From: a candidate division WOR-3 bacterium
GTDB taxonomy: Bacteria > Hydrothermota > Tepidihabitantia > SM23-42 > JAOAFX01
NCBI GenBank assembly: GCA_039802005.1
Contig: JBDRVV010000003.1
Coordinates: forward strand, 64,595 to 128,594
DNA: 64,000 bases
Direction: 5' to 3'
The notes beneath the pieces are model-generated. The model saw nothing but the letters and a program-made list of their open reading frames with translations. It was not told the DNA's origin and made no database searches. Of the stretch, positions 1 through 9,779 are shown one piece after another (position 1 is the stretch's first letter; the number at the start of each line of letters is the position of its first letter). The position numbers and the translations under genes are program-made.

Positions 1-1169
1 ACTGGTTTGAACAGTCAAATAATGCGGCAGCAAGGAAATTCTTTGATATCACCTGCCGTGATAATCTCAAAGCCTGGACCTGTGGTATTCTTGGAGAAAT
101 TACACACACAAATAATGGCGGGCAGACTTGGACCCATCAGGTTCAGGGGCTGGCAAAATATGCTACAAGAATTGAATTTATTGATGATACATTGGGATGG
201 GTAGTATGTGGAGACGGTGTCGTAGGCAGAACAACCGATGGTGGCGCATACTGGGAGCAGATATTCACACCCTGGGCACAGGCAGAACTTTATGGTGTTT
301 CATTTGCTAATGCCTATGAGGGATGGGTTGTTTCAGGATGGCCTGACAGTCTTGACACAGGGCAAGGTTTAATCATTCACACAACGGATGGTGGGTTTAA
401 TTGGAATTTACAATATTTCAGTTCTGTCTATGAAGATTTTTTTGATGTCCATTTTTTTAATGTTAACATAGGCATAGTGGTCGGTGGTAATGAACAAAAT
501 TATTCACCAATAATCTGGAAAACCATTGATGGAGGATATATCTGGACCCCAATTACTGCACCAGCAAATGCATATTATCTCCGTGCCCTTGATTTTGTAG
601 ATGATTTAAATGGCTGGGCAGTCGGGAGATTTGGTACAATAATCCACACAACTGATGGTGGAAATACCTGGAATTTTCAGACAAATCCTGCCACCACAAC
701 CTTGTTTGATGTGGATTTCTCTGATACACAACATGGAATTGCCTGCGGTCAGGGGATAATTTTGTACACAACGAATGGTGGAAATACCTGGAATACTGGT
801 ACAGGAATAGAAGAATCTTCAAATTCGCAATCCGCAATCCGAAATCCGAAATTTGAAATCTATCCCAATCCATTCAAAAATCACTGCCTAATTAAATTCC
901 AAATCCCAGATCCCAATGATCAAAAAAATTCCAATTCCCAAATTCCAAACAAATCCGAAATCCGCAATCCGAAATCCGAAATTTCTTTAAAGATCTACGA
1001 TGTTTCCGGTCGTCTGGTTAAATCATTTAACCATTTAACCAATTACCAATCTTCAATTATTTGGTCTGGTGATGATGACCTTGGTCGCAACCTACCCGCA
1101 GGTGTTTATTTAATAGAATTTGAATCTGGCAACCACGCAGCAATGGAGCAAGTAATTCTTATAGATTAG
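1..1169 (+). CDS. BNR/Asp-box (Ycf48-like) repeat protein with T9SS C-terminal sorting domain; 5' end lies outside the window
   Basis: The reading frame is open from position 3 with no upstream stop. Repeated S/T-x-D-G-G-x-x-W motifs are present (THTNNGGQTW, TTDGGAYW, HTTDGGFNW, KTIDGGYIW, HTTDGGNTW, YTTNGGNTW). The C-terminus reads YPNPF...IKFQIP...SLKIYDVSGRLV...LPAGVYLIEF, which is typical of Por/T9SS CTDs. Confidence 0.6.
   Translation, partial: WFEQSNNAAARKFFDITCRDNLKAWTCGILGEITHTNNGGQTWTHQVQGLAKYATRIEFIDDTLGWVVCGDGVVGRTTDGGAYWEQIFTPWAQAELYGVSFANAYEGWVVSGWPDSLDTGQGLIIHTTDGGFNWNLQYFSSVYEDFFDVHFFNVNIGIVVGGNEQNYSPIIWKTIDGGYIWTPITAPANAYYLRALDFVDDLNGWAVGRFGTIIHTTDGGNTWNFQTNPATTTLFDVDFSDTQHGIACGQGIILYTTNGGNTWNTGTGIEESSNSQSAIRNPKFEIYPNPFKNHCLIKFQIPDPNDQKNSNSQIPNKSEIRNPKSEISLKIYDVSGRLVKSFNHLTNYQSSIIWSGDDDLGRNLPAGVYLIEFESGNHAAMEQVILID
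822..1060 (+). repeat. T9SS-CTD coding cassette with heptanucleotide tandem tracts (copy 1 of 3 near-identical copies)
   Basis: Tracts aattcgc/aatccgc/aatccga/aatccga (822-853), aaatccg x4 (951-984) and ttaacca-like (1026-1060). The cassette is near-identical to 3928-4123 and 8730-8925. Confidence 0.7.
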
Positions 1170-1176
1170 GAGAAAA

Positions 1177-4100
1177 ATGAAAAAAATAATTTTGGTCTTA
1201 ATAATCTTTGGGTTATATTATGTTGTTGCACAAGAAATTGGTGCAAAATATTTGATTATTACCCATGATAATTTTTATGATGCAATCCTCCCCTATGCCC
1301 AATGGAAACATAAAATGGGATTGTGCACAAAGATTGTCAGGGTCCCTTCAGAACTTGCCCAGAATGCTACAATAATTAGAAATTATATCGTTAATGCCTA
1401 TAATACCTGGCAGATAAAGCCGGAATTTCTTTTGATCGTTGGTGCGCCCAATTATATTCCCTGGTCGATGACTTCACCATACAGTGATAACAATTATACA
1501 AATATGAACACCGATATTTACAATGAAATCCTTTCAGGAAGACTTACGGTTCACAATATAACCGAAGCCCAGACCGTTGTGAATAAACTGCTTTTATATG
1601 AACGTCATCCGGACACAACCAATACTGGATGGTTCATTAACGCCTGTTTGATCGTCCGCGAAGATTACGAACAATACAGCGATTCAATCTACTGGAGTGA
1701 CATAAGGCATGCCAAAAGATTGATGAATGAAAATGATTTTAATATTATTGACACCCTCTCCCGTGCGCTCGGCAACAGTTCAAGTGATGTAATCAACAGA
1801 GTAAATCAGGGTAGGGGGTTTGTTTTATACCGGGGGCAGGGTGTTGGCAACTGGTGGAACCCGTTCGCGGTTGACCCCGACCAGACTCAGAATAGTGCAA
1901 GACTACCTATTGTTCTTTCAATAACCTGTCAGACAATCGGAACTGGTTCGTCTCCTGCCACTGCTGAAAAATGGTTGCTCACTGGAACACCAACAACGCC
2001 CCGTGGTGGGGCAGGATATTTTGCCACGACAACGATTGTCACTCATGGGGCGAATTTAAGAAGTGCAGTATGTAAAGGATTCTTTGACGCACTTTTTGCT
2101 GAAAAAAAGAATAGATTTGGTGAGGCGTGTGAAAATGGCAGAAAAAGAGTCTATCAAATGTACGGAGACCAGCAGGAATATCGCGGATTTACGACACTCG
2201 GTGATCCGGCAATGCAGTTATGGACTGCAAAACCTATGTATATTAATGTTTCACACGATTCTATCATTTATACCGGGAGAGAAGATACATTAAATATCAC
2301 AGTGGAATATCAGGGAACACCAGTTGAATCTGCTTTTGTTTGTATTGTGCTGGATACATTAATATATGAGACAGGATATACTAATTCAAATGGCGAAACC
2401 TTTTTTATCGTCAATCCATCATTACCCGGAATAATGTATATAACAGTCACAGGCAGGAATCTTTATCCCTATGAAGGAACGATTCCGGTAATTACGGGTA
2501 ATGTCCACCTCAATTATATTTCATATTCGTTTAATGATTCACTGGGAAATGCCAATGATACAATCAACGCAAACGAAACAATACTTCTATGGGCAAAGAT
2601 TAAAAATATCGGATATTCTCCTGCTCATAATGTCAAAGCACTTTTGAAAACCGCTGATACAACAATTCAAATCAATGATAGTATTTCTCTTTATGGCGAA
2701 GTAATTCCCATGACTGAGCAAAATGGGTTAAATCCCTTTGTCTTTTCGGTTTCTCCGCATGCCCATTCTCACTCTATCCCTTTTGAAATTATATTGACCG
2801 ATGCACAAGGGGATACATTCATCCATAATTTTTCAGTACCGATTTTAAGTAAAGAGATTGGCCCTGTCGGGCCCGACCCTTATGGCTATTACATTTATGA
2901 TGATACTGATACATTGACGGGTAATGCACCAATTTACGAATGGTTTGAAATTGCACCCCCAGGACCCGGATTAGTTGTCAGTGAAATAACAGATGAGGAT
3001 GCTGATACAGTGACATACAATCTTCCTTTCACATTTAAATTCTATGGAATTAATTATAATTCTATTGGTCTATGCTCCAATGGATTTTTAGAATTGGGCA
3101 CATCCACACACCGATTTGGCAGCAACACAGCAATTCCATTACCCGGTGGCCCAAAGAGAATGCTCGCACCCTTCTGGGACGACCTTGATTTGAGACCCGC
3201 ACCCACTGGTAATGGCGAAGTCTATTATCACAACGATACGACAAATCACAGATGGATTGTAGAATATAAAAATTGTGCCCATTATGGTAATACATCAACC
3301 CTTGAAACTTTCCAGACGATTCTACTTGACCCCCAGTATTATCCAACGCCGACCGGAGATGGCGAAGTGCTATTCTTTTATAACACAGTCTCAAATGCTG
3401 GAGAAAATAGTGTGGGTATTGAAGACGAAACTGAAACCCGCGGTTTGCAGTATCTTTTCAATGGTAGTTATAACCCAAACGCAGCACCCATTCAAAATGG
3501 CAGGGCTTTGTTGATCACCACCAAACCACCAACAAGTCAGCATTCCCCCTGGATCAATCTTACCAATTATACGATAAATGATTCGTTGGGCGGTAACAAT
3601 AACGGCATCCCCGAGCCTGGAGAAACGATTGAATTGACAATTTATATAAGAAATGGCGGTGACACACTCGTTTCAAATGTAAATGGTATTTTAAACACAA
3701 ATTCAATGAGCGTTTCTTTAATTGATACGATTGCTGATTTTGGAGATATTGATATTGGACAGGTTGTTAACAATAGTTCAAATCCTTATATCTTGCAAAT
3801 TACAGAAAATCCAGCTGATACCCTGGTCGGATTGATTATTCATTTTTCAGGCAATGATGGAAATTACAGCACCAGTGCCTATTTAACTTTAAAGATTCAT
3901 TCTGAAGTCAAGATTGAAGAAGGTTCAAATTCGCAATCCGCAATCCGAAATCCGAAATTAGAGGTCTATCCCAATCCATTCAAAAATCACTGCGTAATTA
4001 AATTCCAAATCCCAAACAAATCCGAAATCCGAATTCCGAAATCCGAAATTTCTTTAAAGATCTACGATGTTTCCGGTCGGGTTGTTAAATCTTTTAATCC

Positions 4101-4245
4101 TGAATCCTGTATCCTGAATCATGCATCAGGTATCACCTGGTCTGGTGATGATGATATGGGTCGCAAACTTCCTTCAGGCGTATATTTTATTGATTTTAAA
4201 TCCGACGAAATAAAAGAAATGAAAAAAGTTATTATGTTGAGATAA
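1177..4245 (+). CDS. Secreted peptidase C25 (gingipain-like) family protein with CARDB-like Ig domains and T9SS CTD; catalytic His position reads Gln
   Basis: Signal peptide MKKIILVLIIFGLYYVVAQ. C25-like blocks YLIITHDNF, FLLIVGAPNYIPW, SGRLTV, LYRGQGVGNWW (gingipain has YTGHGSETAW here) and SITCQTIG (catalytic Cys block). RBS aggag at 1165-1172. CTD reads YPNPFKNHCVIKFQIP...KIYDVSGRVV...LPSGVYFIDF. Confidence 0.6.
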   Translation: MKKIILVLIIFGLYYVVAQEIGAKYLIITHDNFYDAILPYAQWKHKMGLCTKIVRVPSELAQNATIIRNYIVNAYNTWQIKPEFLLIVGAPNYIPWSMTSPYSDNNYTNMNTDIYNEILSGRLTVHNITEAQTVVNKLLLYERHPDTTNTGWFINACLIVREDYEQYSDSIYWSDIRHAKRLMNENDFNIIDTLSRALGNSSSDVINRVNQGRGFVLYRGQGVGNWWNPFAVDPDQTQNSARLPIVLSITCQTIGTGSSPATAEKWLLTGTPTTPRGGAGYFATTTIVTHGANLRSAVCKGFFDALFAEKKNRFGEACENGRKRVYQMYGDQQEYRGFTTLGDPAMQLWTAKPMYINVSHDSIIYTGREDTLNITVEYQGTPVESAFVCIVLDTLIYETGYTNSNGETFFIVNPSLPGIMYITVTGRNLYPYEGTIPVITGNVHLNYISYSFNDSLGNANDTINANETILLWAKIKNIGYSPAHNVKALLKTADTTIQINDSISLYGEVIPMTEQNGLNPFVFSVSPHAHSHSIPFEIILTDAQGDTFIHNFSVPILSKEIGPVGPDPYGYYIYDDTDTLTGNAPIYEWFEIAPPGPGLVVSEITDEDADTVTYNLPFTFKFYGINYNSIGLCSNGFLELGTSTHRFGSNTAIPLPGGPKRMLAPFWDDLDLRPAPTGNGEVYYHNDTTNHRWIVEYKNCAHYGNTSTLETFQTILLDPQYYPTPTGDGEVLFFYNTVSNAGENSVGIEDETETRGLQYLFNGSYNPNAAPIQNGRALLITTKPPTSQHSPWINLTNYTINDSLGGNNNGIPEPGETIELTIYIRNGGDTLVSNVNGILNTNSMSVSLIDTIADFGDIDIGQVVNNSSNPYILQITENPADTLVGLIIHFSGNDGNYSTSAYLTLKIHSEVKIEEGSNSQSAIRNPKLEVYPNPFKNHCVIKFQIPNKSEIRIPKSEISLKIYDVSGRVVKSFNPESCILNHASGITWSGDDDMGRKLPSGVYFIDFKSDEIKEMKKVIMLR
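3928..4123 (+). repeat. T9SS-CTD coding cassette with heptanucleotide tandem tracts (copy 2)
   Basis: aattcgc aatccgc aatccga aatccga (3928-3959); aaatccg-type x3 (4018-4050); aatcctg aatcctg tatcctg aatcatg (4096-4123). Confidence 0.7.
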
Positions 4246-4264
4246 TTTAGGAGAAGGGGGAATC

Positions 4265-7200
4265 ATGAAAAAGTTTTTGGAATTATCATTAATTTTTGCA
4301 ATCCCTTTTTTCATATCGGGTGAGGGAATTACCGGAATAAAAAGATTAAAATATGTTGATCCATATGATGTCCAGATGACATCGTATCAAGAATGGTCAG
4401 CAAAAATTACAAAAGAATCTTTCAAAATAGGCAAGGCTTACCAGAGTAAAATAAAAGATTCTCGTTTGCCAATGTTTGATATTGTCGTATATGCTCCTCT
4501 TTATCCAAACATCATTGATTCATTAAATACTTACATCACCGACCTTGAGACAGAAAATTATAATGTTCGTGTTGATACGATTCGCGGCTGGCAGGCACCA
4601 CAATTGAGGAATCATCTTGCATCACTAATAGATAGCCAGCTCGTTGGTGCGGTATTCATTGGTAATGTTCCTATCGCTTGGTATGAATATGAATCGACCG
4701 AAGGGCGCGAGGAATTTCCGATTGAATTATATTTTATGGATCTAAACGGAACCTGGGTTGATGCGGATAATGATGGTCTTTTTGACAATCATACCGGTAA
4801 CAAAGCACCTGAAATCTATGTCGGTAGAATCTATGCCAACCCTGTGACCTGGGGAAACGAAATATGGCTTGTTAATAATTATCTTTCAAAAATCCATAAA
4901 TACCGGAACATTGGCTATGCGATCCCTAAAAAAGCACTTGCTTATGTAGATGATGACTGGTATAGTTTTAATAACTGTAGTTTGAATCTCCTTTATGATA
5001 CCGTGGTCGTTATTCGACAATACAATACTACAACTGCTGCTGACTTTCGTACACGCCTTGACGACCCCTACGAATGGGTGCAAATCTGCAGTCATTCTTC
5101 GCCCTGGGGTAATACATTTAAAAATACATCTGGCTATGCAGGTACAGTCTTCAATTTTGAATTATGGTTTGCTGACCCTCCATTTCTATTCTTGAACTTA
5201 TTTCAGTGTGCAGGAACAAGATTTATTGAAGAAAATTCAGAAGGCAGCATTTATATTTTTAATACAACAAACGGACTTTTATCAATCGGTTCAACAAAAG
5301 TTGGAAGCATGCTAAATTTTGATGGATTCTATGGACCGCTAAATACAGGAATTTCAATCGGGCAGGCATTCAAACAATGGTTTACCCAATATGGTATTAA
5401 TGATGTGGATTGGTTCTATGGAATGTGTATTTTAGGAGACCCAACTTTAAAGCCAAAACGAACAGGATTGCAAATGGTGAGTCAAAATAACAAATATTAT
5501 CCATTGGAAACTTCTCTAAACTGGTCAAATCCTGCCCCGATTGATACCCATCCTGAAACCGATGCCTTTGTCACCAATACCATAGACGGTCAAGGAAGAT
5601 TATGGACAGCCTGGGTGACCGGGCGTTCAGTAACAAACGGCAGAACCGAAATCTGCGCGTCATATTATGCAAATGGAAGTTGGACACAGGCACAGATTGT
5701 GCGACCATATCTTTACTGGGATTTTTTCCCTTCAATGTCAACTGACCTCCTGGGAAATCCATACCTAACCTGGCAAAGGGCTTATGGAAGGAATTACGAT
5801 GTCTTTGGCAGCGTCTACATAGGAAACCAGTGGGGTACCGAAGAACAATTAAGTTCTAAAGCATCAAATGATATGTATCCGGCAATGACCAGGGATGGTG
5901 ATGGTAGATTATGGGTTTGCCTTGAACGATGGACACATTTGAATGGTGATATCTATTGCCGTTATTTTGACGGGACTACCTGGCAGCCAATGTTTGCAGT
6001 AACGGTAGATTCAGCCAATGATTATCGGCCCGCAATGGCAACCGACAGCAATGGAATTGCCTGGGTAACCTGGTGTAGTGAACGTTATCAATACAATAGG
6101 AATATATATGTAAAGCGTTACAATCCAACTTCAGGAAGTTGGGAAGGGTTATACAGAATCACAGGTAATCCTGCCCAGGATCAGGACCCGAAGATTGCGG
6201 TCTCGGGCGATGGCACGATCTGGGTTGTATGGACGACCTGGCGGAATGGTAATACCGATATTTACGAAAGCCATTACAATGGTTCAACCTGGTCTAATGC
6301 CCGAGCAGTAGTTGCTGACCCAAATCGCGATGAACACCCTGTGCTCGTTGTTGATAGAGATGGCTATCTCTGGTGTATCTGGCAATCCAACAGAACCGGT
6401 GATTGGGAAATATGGGCAAAATATTATAAAAATGGTGCCTGGGGAGATTCTATGGTGATAAGCAATAATCAAGCCCGGGATATATTCCCCAGTGCGATAG
6501 CAGACGACTCAGGATATATATGGGTTTTCTGGCAATCAGATAGAAGAGGAAATTGGGATATCTTTTACAGCAAACTTCTATCTGACCTTGTTGAACCCCA
6601 GGTCACTGTGATTACACCTAACGGCGGAGAAATCTGGAATATAGGACAAACTTATACAATCCGCTGGTCTGCCCAGGACAATGTAGCAGTTGATTCTGCT
6701 GTCATTGAATATTCAACAAATAACGGTAACAGCTGGAGTTATATAGCTACTTCATTTGGCAATGATTCAACTTATCTCTGGACAATACCACCCACCCCGT
6801 CAACGCGTTGTCTTGTCCGCATCCGTGCGTTTGACAGAAATAATAATATTGGAATTGATGTATCTAATGCAACCTTCACGATCTACGACCCTGTATCACC
6901 TTTAGTCAATGTGCTCATTCCTAATGGTGGTGAAATATGGTACTGGAATGAATTACATCAGATTCGTTGGAATTCGAGTGATAATATCGGTATAGACAGT
7001 TTGAACATCTATCTTTCCATTGACAGCGGTCTAACCTATCCGTACCGCATTTCTCATTTCAATACCAATGATTCTATTTATAACTGGACTATTCCCACGG
7101 TAAACTCTAATAAGTGCTTAATTAAGGTGCTTGCCTATGACCGTTCTGCAAACATCGGTTATGATGTGAGTGATAATTGTTTTACAATCGGTGCGGTCGG

Positions 7201-7489
7201 CGTTGAAGAAAATAACACGCAGCCTACACAGTTTTTTATAAATCTTTTTTCTCCTAATCCTTATGGCGTCGGACCACTGATTCAGTTAGCAATTCCTGTT
7301 CCGACATCGGTAACACTGAATCTCTACGATATAACGGGCAAATGTGTTTATTCAATTGCAAATGAAATCGTTTCGCCTGGCTATCTCTACTACGACCTCG
7401 GGAAAGAAGAATTATCTGCGGGTATTTACTTCATTTCGGTCAAAACGAAAGAATTTTCAATCGTAAGAAAAATTGTTATTCTGAAATGA
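4265..7489 (+). CDS. Secreted multidomain protein: C25-like peptidase core, WxxW/BNR-like beta-propeller repeats, two Ig-like (PNGGEIW...) domains, divergent T9SS CTD
   Basis: Signal peptide. C25-like blocks IYVGRIYA, CSHSSPWGNTF (His block) and LFQCAGTRF (Cys block). About 50-aa repeats of the form D..G..W..W...R.GN.DIY. Ig-like blocks ITPNGGEIWNIGQTYTIRWSAQDNVAVDS and LIPNGGEIWYWNELHQIRWNSSDNIGID. C-terminus LNLYDITGKCV...AGIYFISV. Confidence 0.55.
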   Translation: MKKFLELSLIFAIPFFISGEGITGIKRLKYVDPYDVQMTSYQEWSAKITKESFKIGKAYQSKIKDSRLPMFDIVVYAPLYPNIIDSLNTYITDLETENYNVRVDTIRGWQAPQLRNHLASLIDSQLVGAVFIGNVPIAWYEYESTEGREEFPIELYFMDLNGTWVDADNDGLFDNHTGNKAPEIYVGRIYANPVTWGNEIWLVNNYLSKIHKYRNIGYAIPKKALAYVDDDWYSFNNCSLNLLYDTVVVIRQYNTTTAADFRTRLDDPYEWVQICSHSSPWGNTFKNTSGYAGTVFNFELWFADPPFLFLNLFQCAGTRFIEENSEGSIYIFNTTNGLLSIGSTKVGSMLNFDGFYGPLNTGISIGQAFKQWFTQYGINDVDWFYGMCILGDPTLKPKRTGLQMVSQNNKYYPLETSLNWSNPAPIDTHPETDAFVTNTIDGQGRLWTAWVTGRSVTNGRTEICASYYANGSWTQAQIVRPYLYWDFFPSMSTDLLGNPYLTWQRAYGRNYDVFGSVYIGNQWGTEEQLSSKASNDMYPAMTRDGDGRLWVCLERWTHLNGDIYCRYFDGTTWQPMFAVTVDSANDYRPAMATDSNGIAWVTWCSERYQYNRNIYVKRYNPTSGSWEGLYRITGNPAQDQDPKIAVSGDGTIWVVWTTWRNGNTDIYESHYNGSTWSNARAVVADPNRDEHPVLVVDRDGYLWCIWQSNRTGDWEIWAKYYKNGAWGDSMVISNNQARDIFPSAIADDSGYIWVFWQSDRRGNWDIFYSKLLSDLVEPQVTVITPNGGEIWNIGQTYTIRWSAQDNVAVDSAVIEYSTNNGNSWSYIATSFGNDSTYLWTIPPTPSTRCLVRIRAFDRNNNIGIDVSNATFTIYDPVSPLVNVLIPNGGEIWYWNELHQIRWNSSDNIGIDSLNIYLSIDSGLTYPYRISHFNTNDSIYNWTIPTVNSNKCLIKVLAYDRSANIGYDVSDNCFTIGAVGVEENNTQPTQFFINLFSPNPYGVGPLIQLAIPVPTSVTLNLYDITGKCVYSIANEIVSPGYLYYDLGKEELSAGIYFISVKTKEFSIVRKIVILK

Positions 7490-9042
7490 TTAGATTGACC
7501 TTCTTGTTATCATTCATCTTGCATCTTGTATCCGGTGTATTCTTAATTGACCCTCGCTATCACACATATGCAGAAATGGTCCAGGAAATTGACTCTATTG
7601 CGTCTCACTATCCTACGATCACAAAGTTATACAATCTTGGATTTTCAACCCGCGATAGTTTACCTATTTTGGGTATAAAGATTTCGGACAATCCCGGAAT
7701 AAAAGAAGATGAACCTGCGGTTTTATTCAACGGAATTCACCACGCAGAGGAATTATTGGGGTGTGAGGTCTGTTTGTATCTTCTAAATGACCTCGTCAGT
7801 AAATACGGCATTGATTCAGCAATCACCTACTGGATAAATAATGCGGAAATCTGGATAATTCCAATTTTAAATCCTGAAGGGCATAATGTAGTAATGAACG
7901 GTATTGATTCTATATGGCGTAAGAACAAAAGGGATAATAACAATAATGGATTTTTTGACCTTGATTCAGATGGAGTTGATTTAAACCGTAATTATGACTT
8001 CAATTGGGAACAGGGTGGTAGTCCAAATCCAAATGATGAATATTATCGCGGCCCCTATCCATTTTCTGAAAATGAATCAAGAATTATTAGAGACCTTGCG
8101 TTCCAAAATCATTTTGTCTTTGATATCTGTTATCACTGTGCACGCACTGGACAGGGTGAGTTAGTCTATTACCCGTGGCGCTGGGGGAATCAATTTGCAA
8201 TAGACCATCCATTTATAAAAAGAGTTGCAGACACCCTCGCCTCAAAGATAATAAACGATGCCGGCAATGGAACTTATGTTCCGATATATGGTTATGCTAC
8301 GGAAGGAAATGCCAGGAATTACCTTTACGGAGTCTGTGGTACATTTGCTTATACAATTGAATTGAGCAGAGGTTGTTATCCACCCGGCTATAGAGTTGAT
8401 AGTATCTGTATGAGAAATCTACCTGGCGCCTATTATCTTTTGGAAAGGACATTCGGTTCAAGTATCACCGGCATAATCACAGACTCAATCACAAACCAGC
8501 CGATTGTTGCAGAAGTAAGGGTTGTTGGTTATTATGACTCAACACTAACACCCCGATTAAGCGATTCACTATTCGGCAGATACCGGAGAATTTTGAATCC
8601 AGGTACATATTCATTACAATTTAGAAAACAGGGTTATGATACTATTACAATTAATAATGTTGTTGTATCACCCGGAACTCAAACAATTTTAAATGTAAAG
8701 ATGAGACCACTTGGAATTAAAGAATCTACAAATCCGCAATCCGCAATCCGAAATCCGAAATTAGAGGTCTATCCCAATCCATTCAAAAATCACTGTGTGA
8801 TTAAATTCCAAATCCCAAACAATTCCGAAATCCGAAATCCGAAATCCGAAATTTCATTAAGTATCTATGATATTTCAGGTCGGGTTGTTAAACAATTTAA
8901 CCATTTAACCATTCAACCATTTAGCCAGGTTGCCTGGGATGGTTGTGATGATTCAGGTCGCGGATTGCCTGCAGGTGTGTATTTTATAAAATTTGCGGCG
9001 TGGGATTCCAAGAAGGTAGAGAAGGTAATACTTTTGAGATAA
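7486..9042 (+). CDS. M14 zinc carboxypeptidase with CarboxypepD_reg-like domain and T9SS CTD
   Basis: HHAEELLGCE (HxxE zinc ligands), NPEGH, WRKNKRD. A transthyretin-like block PIVAEVRVVGYYD...PGTYSLQFRKQGYD. CTD YPNPFKNHCVIKFQIP...SIYDISGRVV...LPAGVYFIKF. Start overlaps the upstream stop (ATGA). Confidence 0.7.
   Translation: MIRLTFLLSFILHLVSGVFLIDPRYHTYAEMVQEIDSIASHYPTITKLYNLGFSTRDSLPILGIKISDNPGIKEDEPAVLFNGIHHAEELLGCEVCLYLLNDLVSKYGIDSAITYWINNAEIWIIPILNPEGHNVVMNGIDSIWRKNKRDNNNNGFFDLDSDGVDLNRNYDFNWEQGGSPNPNDEYYRGPYPFSENESRIIRDLAFQNHFVFDICYHCARTGQGELVYYPWRWGNQFAIDHPFIKRVADTLASKIINDAGNGTYVPIYGYATEGNARNYLYGVCGTFAYTIELSRGCYPPGYRVDSICMRNLPGAYYLLERTFGSSITGIITDSITNQPIVAEVRVVGYYDSTLTPRLSDSLFGRYRRILNPGTYSLQFRKQGYDTITINNVVVSPGTQTILNVKMRPLGIKESTNPQSAIRNPKLEVYPNPFKNHCVIKFQIPNNSEIRNPKSEISLSIYDISGRVVKQFNHLTIQPFSQVAWDGCDDSGRGLPAGVYFIKFAAWDSKKVEKVILLR
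8730..8925 (+). repeat. T9SS-CTD coding cassette with heptanucleotide tandem tracts (copy 3)
   Basis: aaatccg caatccg caatccg aaatccg (8730-8763); aattccg aaatccg x3 (8821-8852); ttaacca-like tract 8896-8925. Confidence 0.7.
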
Positions 9043-9064
9043 TAGAAGTATTGTAAAAAATATC

Positions 9065-9727
9065 CTATTTTTTTATCTCTTCAATCTTCTTTTCTAGTTC
9101 TTTAATTTTTTTATATAATTTTTCCTGTTCTTTCATTACAAACTGTAATGCATCCGCAATCGGGTCAGGGAGCTTACCATGTTCCAGTCTGCGTATTTCC
9201 TCTGCTGAGAAACCAAGCCCGATTCTTCCTGGCACACCGATTACCGTCGCATTATCAGGAACATCCTTTACCACCACCGAACCCGCAGCAATTCTCACAT
9301 TATTTCCTACCCTTATTGGTCCAAGGACAATTGCACCAGCACCAATTTCCACATTATTTCCAATTGTAGGATGGCGTTTTTTCTTCTCCAAACTCGTCCC
9401 ACCAAGAGTGACGCCTTGATACATTAGCACATCATCTCCAATCTCAGTAGTCTCTCCAATCACTATCCCTGCACCATGGTCAATAAAAAATCTTCTTCCG
9501 ATCTTTGCCCCGGGATGGATTTCTATCCCGGTAAATAATCTACTTATATGGGATAATAATCTTGCAAATAATTTAAAATTTTTGCACCATAAAAAATGGG
9601 CAATTCTATGCAACCAGACCGCATGAAGACCAGGATAGCATAAGAGAATTTCAAGAACATGCCTTGCTGCAGGGTCGCGTGCAAATACTGTGGCAATATC
9701 TTCTTTAAGCCTCTTTAACATACTCAA
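9065..9727 (-). CDS. cysE: Serine O-acetyltransferase
   Basis: N-terminal SATase helical domain ([43 protein letters not shown]), followed by left-handed hexapeptide repeats ([41 protein letters not shown]...). Confidence 0.75.
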   Translation of the reverse strand: MSMLKRLKEDIATVFARDPAARHVLEILLCYPGLHAVWLHRIAHFLWCKNFKLFARLLSHISRLFTGIEIHPGAKIGRRFFIDHGAGIVIGETTEIGDDVLMYQGVTLGGTSLEKKKRHPTIGNNVEIGAGAIVLGPIRVGNNVRIAAGSVVVKDVPDNATVIGVPGRIGLGFSAEEIRRLEHGKLPDPIADALQFVMKEQEKLYKKIKELEKKIEEIKK

Positions 9728-9779
9728 ATATAATCACAATGTATCTTGTGTCAAGATTAAATTACTATAATTTTTTATT

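Noticed and set aside
7-204. 65-aa plus-strand ORF at the window start
   Set aside because: Out of frame with the BNR-repeat gene, whose frame is open from position 3 and contains BNR motifs upstream of 192.
822-1060. Heptamer direct repeats as a possible CRISPR or minisatellite locus
   Set aside because: Repeats are 7 nt with no spacers, lie inside ORFs and are in frame as 21-nt blocks; no cas genes. Treated as coding tandem repeats.
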